DNA of 64,000 nt from Octopus sinensis (Eukaryota). A model generated the notes under the pieces. That model was given only the letters and a program-made list of their open reading frames with translations. It ran no database searches and was not told the DNA's origin. The position numbers and the translations under genes were made by a program. Positions 13,561 through 28,294 of the stretch are shown piece after piece (position 1 is the first letter of the stretch; each line of letters starts with the position of its first letter). The DNA lies in contig NC_043005.1 in assembly GCF_006345805.1 (NCBI RefSeq), forward strand, positions 2,666,001-2,730,000, written 5' to 3'.

Positions 13561-14069
13561 GACGTTGGTCATCGTCATCGAACCAATAATAAAACAGTTC
13601 TTCATACTGTTGTGGAACCCTGGATATTTACCAAAATGAGAAACGCAAAGGTTTCTGGTAGTTCAGTTGGTGTCCTTCAATAATATAAGACGAGTGGGAG
13701 ATGATTGCAGGCCACCACAACCATGACCACCATCACCAACACCACAAGGATATGATACTAATCTGACGAAGAATGTTGTTTGCTTTCATTTCTTAGCAAA
13801 AACCTGTCCTGGTCAGATTTGAACTGTCACAGACTCAGAGGATCATTGCTGCAGCTGGGTCGGATCCTCACCATTCTTAATTTCATTGTGACAACCTTCT
13901 CTACTTAGAAACAACAACAACTGTGATATCGAACACTTCCCACTGCGCAGTGACTCCTCCCCGTCATCTCCCACCCCCACCCCACCCCACCCCCGTCCTC
14001 CTCCTCTTCCCGCTACTGTTTGGCCGATCATTTTTCTGTCATCGATCTCAAGACGAATGAAAAGACCGG

Positions 14070-14345
14070 GTTGAAGTGGGCGGGAATCTAAACAAGCAGC
14101 AGGCTCGTTGTGAGAGGAGGGGAAGGAGAGGAGAGGAGTATTGATTGATTGATTGACTTGGCTAATGACGTCATTGATTGTAATAATGGTGGGCGGGGTA
14201 AAAAGGGGCGGGGCTTCGTGGTATGATTCTTACAGAAAAATGGGTCTGAATGTATGAATGATAAGAACGGTGGGGGCGGAGGGTAGAGGCGTGTGTTGTG
14301 ATAAGAGTGGTTGACAGAAGTGCAGTTATGATGGCCGCGTCTAGG
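14070..14345. promoter_or_regulatory. Candidate promoter/enhancer
   Basis: Palindromic CRE aaTGACGTCAtt (14164-14175). GGGCGG boxes at 14078, 14191, 14206 and 14274. Locally CpG-rich unique sequence. Confidence 0.4.
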
Positions 14346-14422
14346 GACGATTGATGCAGAGACGGAGAGTCGCGCTGACAGAGAGGAGGGAGGAATAAAG
14401 GAAGATAGACTTGCAGTTAAAT

Positions 14423-14690
14423 TGTGTGTGTGTGTGGTGTGTGTGTGTGTGTGTGTGTGTAGGTGTGTGTGTGTGTGTAGGTGTGTGTGTGTGTGAGTGT
14501 GTGTAGGTGTGTGTGTGTGTGTGTGTGTGTAGGTTGTGTGTGTGTGTGTGAGTGTGTGTAGGTGTGTGTGTGTGTGTGTGTGTAGGTGTGTGTGTGTGTG
14601 TGAGTGTGTGTAGGTGTGTGTGTGTGTAGGTGTGTGTTGGTGTGTGTAGGTGTGTGTGTGAGTGTGTGCGTGTGTGTGTGTGTGTGTAGG

Positions 14691-14732
<42 letters not shown>
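14423..14732. repeat. (GT)n with periodic AG interruptions
   Basis: Direct reading. Confidence 0.95.
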
Positions 14733-14736
<4 letters not shown>

Positions 14737-16324
14737 CGTTTATTGGCAATAATTTCCTCTGTAAGTCATGAAACGCTTGTGTTTTCCTGTGAACATCGCG
14801 GAGTTCGAACCTCGCCAGATTCAGAACGATAAAACGAGAACCAGTGAAAGAAAAGGGGAAAAGAACTGACATTCCATCGGTTATGGCGACGAGTGTTCCA
14901 GTTGATTGGATCAAAGGAACAGCCTGCTCATGCAATTAACGTGCAAATGGCTGAGTACTCCACAGACATGCATACCCTTAATGTAGTTCTCAGGGACACA
15001 GAATATGACAAGGCTGGCCCCATTGAATTACAGGTACGACTCCTTTTTGCCAGCTGAGTGGACTGGTGCAGCGAGAAATAAAGTGTCTTGCTTAAGGACA
15101 CGATGCGCCGCCTGACTGCCTCCCATTACAAGCTTATGATTTTGTTCCAACTTAATAAACCATTATTCTTCTGAATGGCACCGGCGGGTGTGGGGGAAGG
15201 GGTGCAGAATTGTAGAAGAATGTTTTGCAGGATTTGTTCTGGTTCTTCACATTCTAAATTTTAATCGAACCCAAATCAACTTCGCCTTTCATTCTTCTTG
15301 GGTCTGAGTTCGAATTCCACTGAGGTCGACTTTACCTTTAGGGGTTGATAAAATAAGTATCAGTTGAATATTGGGGTTGATGCCATCGACTTGCCCCACC
15401 CCCACGAAATTGCTGGCCTTGTGCCAAAATTTGAAATTATTATTATTAATAGGGAACTTGAAGAACTATTTTCTCTCTGGACAAAATGCTTAGCGACATT
15501 TCGTCCGTCTTTACGTTCAGAGCTCAAATTCCATCAAAGTCGACTTTGTCTTTCATCCTTTCGAGGTCGATAAAATAAGTACCAGTCAAACACTGGGGTC
15601 GATGTAACCGACTATACTCCCACACACACACACACACACATATATACAAATAAATTTCAGGCCTTGTGCCTATAATAGAAAGGATTATTATTATCATGAA
15701 GGGCTGTATTAGTAACGGGATCAGTAGAGCTTCACATATCATACTTTGCGCTCTTAAATTACATTATTTCCGTTCTCAGTCCAAACTTGATAAAATAATT
15801 ACTTACGAAACCACGGAATCTGTCTGGTAGACTCTCCACCACAGTGTGTGTCTGTGTGTCGTTGCTAGAAACCAGGGATAAAGTCGGGTGCGGTCAGAAA
15901 TGGTAGAATACCGGACAAAATATCCCATAATGCTTTGCTCTCAATATCTAAGATCAAATCTTATCACTGTCTACTTTGTCCCCTCGAAGGGTAAGAAATG
16001 GAGGCACGTGGCTTAGTGTTTAGGGTGTGGGACTCGTGTTTGTAAGATTGTGGTTTCGATTCCTGGACAGGGTGGTGTGTTTTGTTTTTGAGCAACACAC
16101 TTCATTTCACGTTGCTCCCGTCTACTCAGCCGGCAAAAATGGGTAATCCTGCGACGGAGTGGCTTCCCGTCCAGGGTGGGGGGAATATATACACCGCAGA
16201 AACCTGGAAAACAACTTTATGAGTCTTACATGAGTCTCATATGAGTCTATATGAGTCTTTAGAACTCGGGAAGGATATAAACAGGCGTGAAAAGAACTAT
16301 GTGTCTCAAATATAATCTTTCTCT

Positions 16325-16540
16325 TCAGACCAATTCAAATATATTTGAGAGATGTTTGCATCCGCGAAAAGCTTTCCATTTCGGTCATGGAGTAAAAATT
16401 CCCGCTTAAGACAAAAAAATGTATAATAACTTAAGATCAAACTTTTTTGAGTTTTGCGAGAATTTTTTCTCTGTGACAAACCGCAGTGAAAAGCCTTTAC
16501 AGGTTCAAATCCATCTCAAACATATTTGAACAGGTCTTGA
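16325..16540. repeat. Old palindromic MITE-like element
   Basis: ttcaaatatatttgagagatg versus catctcaaacatatttgaa, plus inner imperfect inverted blocks. Confidence 0.5.
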
Positions 16541-16795
16541 GGTTGTATACTTGCCTTCAATGCTTCGTGCATTGAACTCACATAAATCTTTTACGTAAAT
16601 TTTGGTGTTAAACCAAGTGACGTCATCACTGGGCCTCAGCCTCTGTTGTCAACAAAACCAGTTTAAAGTAATTTTGAACTTGAATAAAGACAGCAGGTGC
16701 TTATGTGAGTGCATGAGAGAGGGGAGGGGGTTATAAATATTTTAAAATATATACACATACATATACTCGTGCATAAATGTATGTGTGTATGTACG

Positions 16796-16847
<52 letters not shown>

Positions 16848-16849
16848 CT

Positions 16850-18060
<1,211 letters not shown>

Positions 18061-19350
18061 CTTTCTCTCATTTACATGTGGAAATCCATACATACATGTT
18101 GAGATGCATGATACTAAAATACATATATGTAGTTATATATAACCGTATGAGCGTATATAGTTTGATACGTATGTACGTATGTGTAGATGTATGTGTGTGT
18201 ATGTGTTGTGTGTTGTGTACGTTAGTGTATGAGTATGTACACGCATGCACGTATGAGTATGTGTGTAGATATATGTATGTATTGCATATGTATGTGTGTA
18301 AAAAATAAGATTTTAAAATATTTTAAAATAATAAAAAAAAATTTTTAATTAAAAAAAGCAAATTTTAATTTTAATCGTTGTCCTTGAAAATAGTATCATA
18401 TATATATGTATAGGGGAGAATTCACTAAAAAAGCAAAAGACGAAAACAAGTAAAGTAGACAACAAACAGATGTATTAGTTTAACGCTCGGGAAGTGAAAA
18501 AGTCTTTAACGTTTCGAGCCTACGCTCTTCCACAGAAAGGAACACGGAAAGAAACAAGGAGAAAATAAAGAATGTGTAGCGGCTAGCGATCTATCATGGC
18601 GAATGCCGGACAGAAGGGTCACACAGGAGAGCTAAGGAGAAGGGGAGAAAATAAAGTAGTGGTGATCCCAAAATGAAGGTGTCCGTGCGCATGTATAAGA
18701 GAGTTTGTATGTGCGTGTGGAAGAGGGCTGGTGATATTGGCGTGCGCGTGTGTATGTGTAGGTGTGAAAATGTGGGTCTGGGAAGTGGTCAGTGCTGGTG
18801 TGTGCGTAGTGGTGTATTGTGAAGGGTATATGTGTGTATACTTTAAGATTATACGTATATTTGTGAGTGCGTGTAAGTGTCTATATGATTGTGAGTACTT
18901 GTATATATGTATAAGTAAGGTTATATGTGCATTTAAAGAAATAAGAAATAAAGAAATAAAGAAATAAGAAACGTTAGAAAATAGCCCCCTGTGGGCAATA
19001 AAGAAATATGGTTATATGAGCATATATGCATACACACACACACACGCACACATATATATATGTGTGTGTCTATATATATATATATGTGTGTGTGTCTACA
19101 CATACACACACACGCACATATATATATATATGTGTGTGTCTATATATAAGCATATGCATATGCATGTATATGTGTGTATACAACCTTCAACAAAGTAACA
19201 GTCATGTATAAAACTTGAGCAGACACATATCAGTACATAAACATACGTTCACATTTACATACACGTGTACACACACACAAACGCGTCTACTCACTTACCT
19301 AAATACTCGCTTACATACATACATACATACATACACACACACACATACAT

Positions 19351-19390
<40 letters not shown>

Positions 19391-19517
19391 ACATACATAC
19401 ATACATACATACATACATACATACATACATACATACATACATACATGCATACATACATACATACATACATACATACATACATACATACATACATACATAC
19501 ATGTACACATACATTCA

Positions 19518-19852
19518 TGATGGCTGCCCTCTCGTTATCGAGTATGGCCATTGCACGAAGCTTAACTGTTATTGGTGCTGTGATCGAATGTGACTTTTTA
19601 GCCCAGCTAAAGATCTACAATGTCTTGTACAGAATTGGCAACTAAAACCTTTACCGGTAATAGCCGGCTGTATTTGTAACTGGGCTTCATGTACCCTTGC
19701 ATGTCGTTCAAGTCCTCCTGCCGAATTACACTCTCTTCCACATGCCCGATAGATATGATTAGTATGGTGTCTAACACCGACACCAGTGGCCAGGTTGTCA
19801 CTCTTCTGTCTCGTTTTATGACTACGGAGATGACTCATGAGTCCAGCTTTAC
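19518..19852 (-). mobile_element. 3' end of an RTE-BovB LINE with C2H2-like fingers, embedded in (TACA)n
   Basis: SKAGLMSHLRSH, CGRECNSAGGLERHARVH and CQFCTRHCRSLAGLKSHIRSQH. The 3' end resembles that of the RTE at 36449. Confidence 0.8.
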
Positions 19853-20299
19853 TTACATACATACATACATGTGTATAGGCATTCGCATGTACACATATGC
19901 ATACGCACATACATGTACACATACATACATACATACATACATACATACATACATACATACATACATACATTCATACATACATACATACATACATACATAC
20001 ATACATACATACATACATACATACACACATACATACACACACACACACATACATATGTACACATATATCATGAACTAACTGTTACTTTCTCAGATGCAGC
20101 ACGGAATTTTGTCAGTGAACAGGGTGCGGCTTCAAAGCGACGAAAATATTTTGGAAAATTAAATTTGAATGTTGAAGTGAATCTTACGGTTTTTGTGTGA
20201 TTTAAATGGCTTATAAACACCTTCCACACTGCAACTATTTTCGTTCCAGCACACGATCTCAGATCAGGTCACTTGCTATGCAAGTACATCTCCGTATTA

Positions 20300-20333
<34 letters not shown>

Positions 20334-20336
<3 letters not shown>

Positions 20337-21836
20337 TAGCATTATGACCCGTCGTTGCCGGGTCATTACATCTACATCTATATATATACATCTACACATA
20401 AAATACAAAATACAAAGTTATATCTTGATATCGCTAGTGATAACAATACTCAAAATATATAACAGACTGGAATTGTAGGCCCGTCTCTTGCAATTTCGAT
20501 CAATTGTATCTTGTCCTCCCTCTTGTATAGAAGTGTGGCTACAATCCAGCCTATCTCTACTTCGGGGAGGGGGACATTTTTAATTTTTATCCGGGACGTC
20601 CTATGTCCTAGATATAAAGGTAATAATAAAATATTTCCACTTTGCAAGTTCGAGTCGAGTACTCCCTTGCACGCTCCGTTGACTCGAACCTTGCTTCTGT
20701 TGTGGCGAATTTACCGCCTCTGGTTAAATATCTTTCATAGTCGCATCAAGACACTTTTTCCTCCAGGTGTTCAAATCTTTTTTTGTTCTCTACATTGTAT
20801 ACTTTATAGACAATAGTCTTTTCTTTAATTTAATTTTTTATTTCGTTTGGTGGTGTTATCCTAGATTCACCGTCTTTGTCGGTGATCAATCCGTATTTCT
20901 TCCATTTTAATTTCAATGAGTTCGCGCCCACCGACGGCTGTAGCGAAATTGATTTTTGGACTTTCTTCTATCGAAGGCATTCTAACAAAAATGCTTCCGT
21001 GTAAACGGTGAAAATATTGTCAATTTCCCCAAACAGGGACACAATTCAATTTTTAAACAATAACCAAAGCTCCTTCTCCCAAAGGGGGAGGGTTACAGTT
21101 TACAATTATTTAACAAATGCAACACAACAATGTTTCCTTTACCAGGAAACAACAAACGTGATAACAATAGTTAAACAGTAATAATAGTAACAACAAACCT
21201 TACGATGAATCAAAAAGCAGTAAGCAGTTGAAGCTTTAGTCCTTTATGCATAAGAAATAAACCAACAGCAGTACTCTGTAGAAGCGGCTGTTCGAGAAAA
21301 CAGATATTACATACAGCCAAACTTCATATAGTTACTTAAAGCTAGCTAATTAGCAGATAATCTAATGTAAAAGCACAGCTCCATCTGGACTATTCCATTT
21401 CTGCACGCTAATCTTAATTTATTCCCATTCATGTGAAACCACTTATTCAAGTTCAAGTCATTGATGCAACTTTATACCAATTGCTATTTTTACTTTTGTT
21501 ATGTTACGATTATATTATACTTTAGTTTGATTTTAATTATTACTTACTACATATAATTCAATTTTTATTACTATTTTTATTGTTAAAGTGAAAGTATCTG
21601 ACATAAAATAGAGAAATGTTTTTGTTTCACTTTTAACACGTAATACTGAAATAGTGGAGAAGATATGATATTGCTATGGGCTCGCCCTAGGCAAGAAGTT
21701 GAACATTTTTTGCCCATGAAACTAAATGGACCCTAAGTAAGGCATGTGTAAAATTTGAATGAAATTGGTTGTGTAGTTCTCAAGTTTAGGGAAACAGACA
21801 GACAGACACACACATTCTCAGTTTTATATATAGAGA
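20334..21836. mobile_element. Non-autonomous Helentron/DINE-1-like element
   Basis: One end is tactagc followed by an acccg...ccgggt hairpin. The other end is cagacagacac...ttttatatatagag. Inserted in a TA run. No coding capacity recognised. Confidence 0.6.
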
Positions 21837-21859
21837 GATGACCATTGCGAAATATAACA

Positions 21860-21894
<35 letters not shown>

Positions 21895-23556
21895 ATGCAA
21901 ACAGGGAGAATAGAACTTAAAACATGAGTTTATGTATAACTTTATTAATATTTAGCAGAAGTAGCAGAGTGACTCGAGGTCCGAGAGTTTCATGCATTGT
22001 TTGATAATTGCACGAAACTCTCGCACCTTGAATCACTCAGTTCTGCTAAACATTAATAAACACACACACAGACGGTGGTCTTCTTTCAGTTTCCGTCTAC
22101 CAAATCCACTCGCAAGTTTTTGGTCGCCCTTAGGCTGTAGTAGAAGACACTCGCTCAAGGTAGCTCCGAGTGGGGCTGAACCCGGAACCATGTGGTAGGG
22201 AAACAAGTGCGTATACATGTCTGCATACATGTAAACGAATATGTGGCGCGTGTGTTGAATCTTTCAGTAATAGTTTTGGATTTCATTGAAATAATATAGG
22301 ATAGCTTCTGTTATTCGTTTACTTTTCTGCAACCGTGTGTTAACTAAGATCAGTTAAAATTGGTTTAGTTTGATTAGAAGAAACAGCCCTTAACCGTGAG
22401 AGGGAATTGAGATGACTTTCCGATCAGCATCCAACCGTTCGCCTACATTTAATTTCACCAGAGCTTTGCTAATTGCTCTCACATGCTTCTTGCCATCCAT
22501 AAATTTATATCGAATTCCATGTGTCCTTCAAAGAGTCTATTTCATTGGAGAATTCACAATATTTCCATCTCTGATTCGGTTCTAATCTTCGGTTTCGTTT
22601 GGTTTTTCTGGTTTCAAAGACATGCATAAGACACCCATCAGTTTCCTTCATTTGTTTTTTGCTATTTTTTTTTTTTTTGCTTTTTCTTTCTATTTCAATA
22701 TTGTTCAACATAATCGATAATGTTATTATTTAATCGTTCTTTTTATGGAATCCCTTCCAAGATGTCTTTTACCATTCTCCTTCTTTTACTTGTTTCAGTC
22801 ATTAGTCTGCGACCAACTTTTTGCCTAGGGCGAGCCCACAGCAATATCATATCTTCTCCACTACGATTCCCTAAAACTTGAGAACTACACAACCAATTTC
22901 ATTCAAATTTTACACATGCCTTACTTAGGGTCCATTTAGTTTCATGGGCAAAAAATGTTCAACTTCTTGCCTAGGACGAGCCCATAGCAATATCATATCT
23001 TCTCCACTATTGAAGAGAGTTTTTTAGACGAATGAATTGACCCAAGTACTTTTTTTAAAGTCGGGTACTTCTTCTATCGGTCTCTTAGGTCGAATTGCTA
23101 GGTTACGGGGACGTAAGCACACCGTCACCGAATGTCAAACGATAGTGAAGGACAAACACAGACAAAGACACTCGCACACCCACCCACACACCCAGGCATA
23201 TACATATATATCGTTAAGCAAATATATTCTTTGAGAACAAAGTGTACTGCATGTCAGGTAAGTGCTTTTATAACTTTTAAACAACACCTTTATCATTCGA
23301 TTTTAAATAACATCTCTATCATTCGATATGCTACACAGAAATTCATGCTTTTCTCTGACGAGTGGATATACTTCCTAATAATAGTTATCAACTTTGCATT
23401 TCATTTCGAAAGGGGGTTCAATCATGAAACGATCATAAGATCTCTCAAATCTGTTTAAGTAATGATAGTTATACTTTATATTTTTATTGTTTATATTATG
23501 GACGTATCTCTACTGTGATCTTTATGATATATGTTTAAGTTTTCCTACTTTTACTC

Positions 23557-23589
<33 letters not shown>

Positions 23590-23595
<6 letters not shown>

Positions 23596-23812
23596 AAGTT
23601 AATCCAAACATGAAAGCACAAAGAGAAAACAGAACAACGCGAGGACGTGGAACAAGTATAGTGTTATTGGACGCTCAGGAAAGCAAAGAAAGAAGGAGGA
23701 TTTAACGTTTCGAGCGGAACTCTTCGTCAGAAACATAGGAAAAGGAAAGATCCAAGGAAGAGAAGACAGAGGAAAAAAATCGCCAACGATACACACGCGG
23801 TCACATATTGAA
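23590..23812 (-). mobile_element. Short Penelope-type terminal repeat with hammerhead-like motif. Relatives at 5810-5960(-), 18410-18670(-), 32585-32762(+), 33340-33540(-)
   Basis: Shared acgctc(a/g)gga...acgtttcgagc...ctctt core. Copies sit next to (TA)n or TA-rich runs. Confidence 0.65.
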
Positions 23813-23865
23813 TGGAATATGTGTGTATATATATATATATATTATATATATATATATATATACAT

Positions 23866-23919
<54 letters not shown>

Positions 23920-23967
23920 TATATATATATATATATATAAATTAAATTAGAGATAAAACCATATATA

Positions 23968-24012
<45 letters not shown>

Positions 24013-24071
24013 CATACACATATATATACATATATATATATATATATAAAAATTAAATTAGAGATAAAACC

Positions 24072-24105
<34 letters not shown>

Positions 24106-24814
24106 CACACACGACAGCCTTCTTTCAGTTTCCGTCTACCAAATCCCGAAACTATGTCGGAGACACTTGCCCGGGGTGCTACGCATGTAACCATGTGGTT
24201 GTGATGCAGGCTCTTTAGCACACATCTGCACCTGTGCCTATGAAATATCTTCATATACAGATGTTGGTCTGTGTGTGTGTGTGTATATGTAATCATCACC
24301 GCCACCAGCATCCTCAAAATGATAGCCTGCTGTTCATTGATGCATATGCCTGTATTTGATTTTCACCAAAACAAAAAAAAAACCATCGATCAAAACAAAG
24401 ACTACCTCGAGGTCAAAGAGGTTCACGAGGCCGGAGTTTGCCCGGAATTTCAAGGCGATTAAGCATAAGAGGGGACGATACTGACCCCTGTAGAGGATGT
24501 AGAGTCTGTCGCAGGGTTATCCCTCAGCTAGCACCGGTGCTTTCGTCCTTCTGATGCAATGTAAAATGGAGTACATTGATTAAGGTACTTCCCGGTCGGA
24601 GAATCGAGCCCCTGACCTAACGATTTCGAGTCCAACACCCTAATCACTGGACCACGCATCTTCACAATCATTGGAAATGGGATGCTGGTCATTACACAGT
24701 CTACATCTGCCGTTAACACCACTGACGTCCAACATAACGAACCAGCAAAGAATTAGGTGCCACATTTGCTACCAATAGGATTGCTTGATTGAATATAAAC
24801 TCTCTTCTGGCATA

Positions 24815-25071
24815 GCAACAACAACTACTACTACTACTACAACTACTACAACTAAAACTACTACAACTACTACTACAGCTACTTCTACAACTACTGCTAC
24901 TACTACAACTATTACTACTACAACTATTACTACTACAACTACTACCACTACTACTACTACTACTACTACTTCTACTACAACTACTACTATTACTACTGCT
25001 GCTGCTACTACTACTACTACTACTACTGCTACTACTACTACTACTACTACTACTGATACTACTACTACTAC

Positions 25072-25110
<39 letters not shown>

Positions 25111-25121
25111 TAATAATAATA
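24815..25121. repeat. (ACT)n followed by (AAT)n
   Basis: Direct reading. Confidence 0.95.
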
Positions 25122-25134
25122 AAATGACAGGGAA

Positions 25135-25605
25135 GGCAGGAAAAGGTAGTGGGTGAAAAGGGAAGGCAAAAAAACTTTGACTTCTAGACAGACGAGGTGT
25201 TAGAGCACCAAGGGCCAGACATAGTAACTTTTAGGAGGGACAAACAAGAGTGTCTAATAATCTATGTGGCAGTGCCAGGAGATCAACATTACATCAGGAA
25301 AGAAAGAGAAAAAGTTGATAAATATGGAGACCTGAGAATTGAGGTCGCTAAGATGTGGCAGCTACGAGAAAAAAACATAAAGGTTATCCTTGTTGTCATC
25401 GGAACATTGGGTTCAATGCCAGCCAATCAGAAAAAAACCCATCTGAAACCCCTAGAAATACCCTACAATCAAGATGTATTGCAAACGTCGGCATTACTTG
25501 GAACTGCACGCATATTGTGTAAAGTACTGTCTGTCTGAGGTCCTTGTTGTGACTTGACAAACAGTACAAAACCCCGGTAGACACAATATTTTCAATCAAA
25601 AACAT
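25135..25605 (+). mobile_element. Dong/R4 3' fragment (restriction-like endonuclease)
   Basis: HQGPDIV...CLIIYVAVPGD...KEREKVDKYGDL...VIGTLG...QTSALLGTARIL. Follows an (AAT)n run. Confidence 0.85.
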
Positions 25606-25639
25606 CGCAATATTGGTTACTGGGCGACATCTTGAATGA

Positions 25640-26152
25640 CTACAAAGAGCAAAGACGTGGTATCAGAAAACCCCAGAAATAGTCACCGAGAATGAAAATT
25701 GCAAAATCTTGTGGGATGCAATGATCCAGTGCGATCACCTGACCAAACATCGTAAACTGGACATTGTTGTGGTGAAAAAAGGGAAAGAACATGCATGATA
25801 ATCAACAGAGCATGTCCTTATGACAACAGGATCAAAGAGAAAGACGAAGAAAAACTGAACAACTACAACGATTCGAAATAGGAAAGTTGTGGTCAACGAG
25901 GAGAGTAGACATGATACTAATAGTAATTGGTGCACTTGGAAGTATCAGCACTCAGCTACCAACATGGCAGAAAAAGATTGGCGCAAGTGTGAAGGTAGAA
26001 CACCAACAAGAATCAGCATTGCTTGGAACTGCAAGAATTATTTGCAAAATTCTTGAAGCATGACCAGTAAACAAATGTCACCTTAGTCTGCTGGCTGTGG
26101 ACAGCTGACACTCTCCATCATACCCAGTAAAATAAGCTGTGAGTTTTGATCA
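25640..26152 (+). mobile_element. Dong/R4 3' fragment, same family as 9310-9870
   Basis: High nucleotide similarity to 9310-9865, including 3'UTR gtctgctggctgtggacagctgacac. Ends in aataataat. Confidence 0.88.
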
Positions 26153-26171
26153 CATAATAATAATGATGATG

Positions 26172-26570
26172 GTTTCATTTATTTCTCACCAGGGTGAAGG
26201 ATGAGGGGGACAAAACAAAGTCAGACACAAAATGTTGGGGTTCACATAAAATGAAATGATAGAATAAATGAATAAATAACAAAAAAAAATGTAAGTATAC
26301 ACGGTATAAAATGAAAAGGGGAAAATACTTAGTAAAGAAAGGTTAAAAAAATAATAATAAAATATTTTTAAAAATAATAAAAACAAAAATGAAAGAGAGG
26401 ATGATAGAGATTTAGTCCTCCTGATACAGGATGACCTCTAGGGATAATCGAGGAGTCCCACTGTCCAAGATCTCCCTGAATACCTAGGGCAACTGCCCTC
26501 GCCAATTCCCTTTCTCCGACTCACAGCTCTACACTTAGAGACGTACCTTATACTCTTGCCCTTTTCGCAT
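26172..26570 (-). mobile_element. Probable L1/Tx1-type 3' remnant between two (AAT)n runs
   Basis: The end near 26172 resembles the Tx1 end at 9905 (tttc..tt...ccac/ccaggg...gggaca...acaaa). No protein motif was read. Confidence 0.35.
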
Positions 26571-26815
26571 AACAATAATAATAATAATAATAATAATGAA
26601 TATAATAATAATAATATTTTCTACTCTAGGCCTTGTGGGAGGGCCTGTCGATTAGATCGACTCCAGTACGCAACTGGTACTTAATTTATTGACCCCCGAA
26701 AGGATGAAAGGCAAAGTCGGCTTCGGCGGAATTTGAACTCAGAATGTGAAGATGGACAAAATGCTGCTAAGCATTTTGCCCAACGTGCTAACAATTCTGC
26801 CAGCTCGCCGTCTTC

Positions 26816-26882
<67 letters not shown>

Positions 26883-27202
26883 CGATGATGATAATGATAA
26901 TGGCATGCGCTGCTCTCTCACTCAATAATAATAATAATAATAATAATAACAAGTGCACGCAGAGAAGGCAAACGTCTGCCAAGGCAATTTCAACGTCCTC
27001 TCAGCAATTAACCAGAAACGATTTTTAAAACGAGAATATCTGAAATAAACTCGTCTGCTTCCACAAGCGAGAATATTAAGAATGAACCCCGACCGTTCTC
27101 AAAATTTAAGTTTGAAAAATGGAAAAATAATCCAAAATCCTTATCCAGTACCTGATCGATCCCAATGGTAGCCAGGGAATATGATGGTGAGTGTGCGGGC
27201 CG

Positions 27203-27265
27203 CGTTTGTAATGCTGTGTGCGTGTGTGTGTGTGTTTGTAATGCTGTGTGTGTGTGTTTGTAATG

Positions 27266-27304
<39 letters not shown>

Positions 27305-27428
27305 TAATGCTGTGTGTGTGTGTGTTTGTAATGCTGTGTGTGTGTGTTTGTAATGCTGTGTGTGTGTGTGGTGTGTGTGTGTGTGTTTGTAATGCTGTGT
27401 GCGTGTGTGTGTGTCTGTGTGTGTGTGT
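27203..27428. repeat. Minisatellite TTTGTAATGCT+(GT)n, 7 units
   Basis: tttgtaatgctgtgtg recurs with variable GT spacers. Confidence 0.9.
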
Positions 27429-27544
27429 GACATCTGCAGTGGGAACAGGGACAGTTTTCTCTATGAAGGCCTTTTTTAGTCTTTCCACTGATATAACGTC
27501 TTTACAGCCATTAAGGTCTATAGTGAAAAATTTATCCGTGCGTG

Positions 27545-28292
27545 AAAGGAAACGGAAAGGACCTGCATACGGCGCTGTTAACCAAGAATGGTTTGGAAGA
27601 AGACAATAAAACTAATGGTGACATGACTGATGGACAGAAGGCAATCTACGATAGAATAAATACAAGGCTACAGGAGAACGATATAGCGATATTATTTGCA
27701 ACCTTAAAAAAGGTTGATTGGTGGAAATTGAAACAAGAAACGAAAAATGTGAATGAAATTCTTAAATACATCAGAACAAAAAACATCGCAGAAATAAATA
27801 ATTTGATCAAGGCAGCAAGTATTGTTGTAGCAGAAAAAGTGGTGTCGATGTCAAGAAAAAGAAGCATAATGGGAGTGACAAAAGAAAAGATCCATGGTGG
27901 AAAAGAAGAATAGAGGCGAGGTTAGACATGCTCTCGAAGGACATTTCTGAGTTAGGCCGAAATGAGAAGGGGGAGCTTAAAAGCGAACAAAAATACAGGG
28001 CATTGAAAAGGTAGTATAATATTGAAAGAAAGGGCCTGAAAGTGGTAATGGAGGAACTGAAACAGCGCTTCGTTGCAAAGAAAGCAAAGATGGTAAGATG
28101 CGACAAAAGAATTAAGTGATGGCAGCAGAATAGGTTATTCAGAGTAGATAAGGATACAGACAGATTGTATGTACCAAGAAAAAGAGGGGGAAGAGGATTG
28201 ATTGGATATGAACACAGCATTAGAGCAGAAGAAAACAACATAACATGGTATGTAAAAAATGCCACAGAACCGCTATTATTAGAAGTAAGAAG
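27545..28292 (+). mobile_element. Dong/R4 fragment with the whole RT deleted
   Basis: N-terminal part (PWWKRRIE, VVMEELKQR, QQNRLFRVD) fused near 28150 to post-RT DTDRLYVPRKRGGRGLIG. Confidence 0.83.
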
Positions 28293-28294
28293 GT

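Noticed and set aside
19569-19970. C2H2 zinc-finger host gene
   Set aside because: The fingers are followed directly by an RTE-type 3' end and tail, so this is a LINE C-terminus.
24785-25156. Mucin-like poly-Thr protein
   Set aside because: Pure (ACT)n/(AAT)n repeat running into a LINE fragment.
27203-27428. CRISPR-like repeat-spacer array
   Set aside because: The spacers are just (GT)n, there are no cas genes, and the context is eukaryotic.
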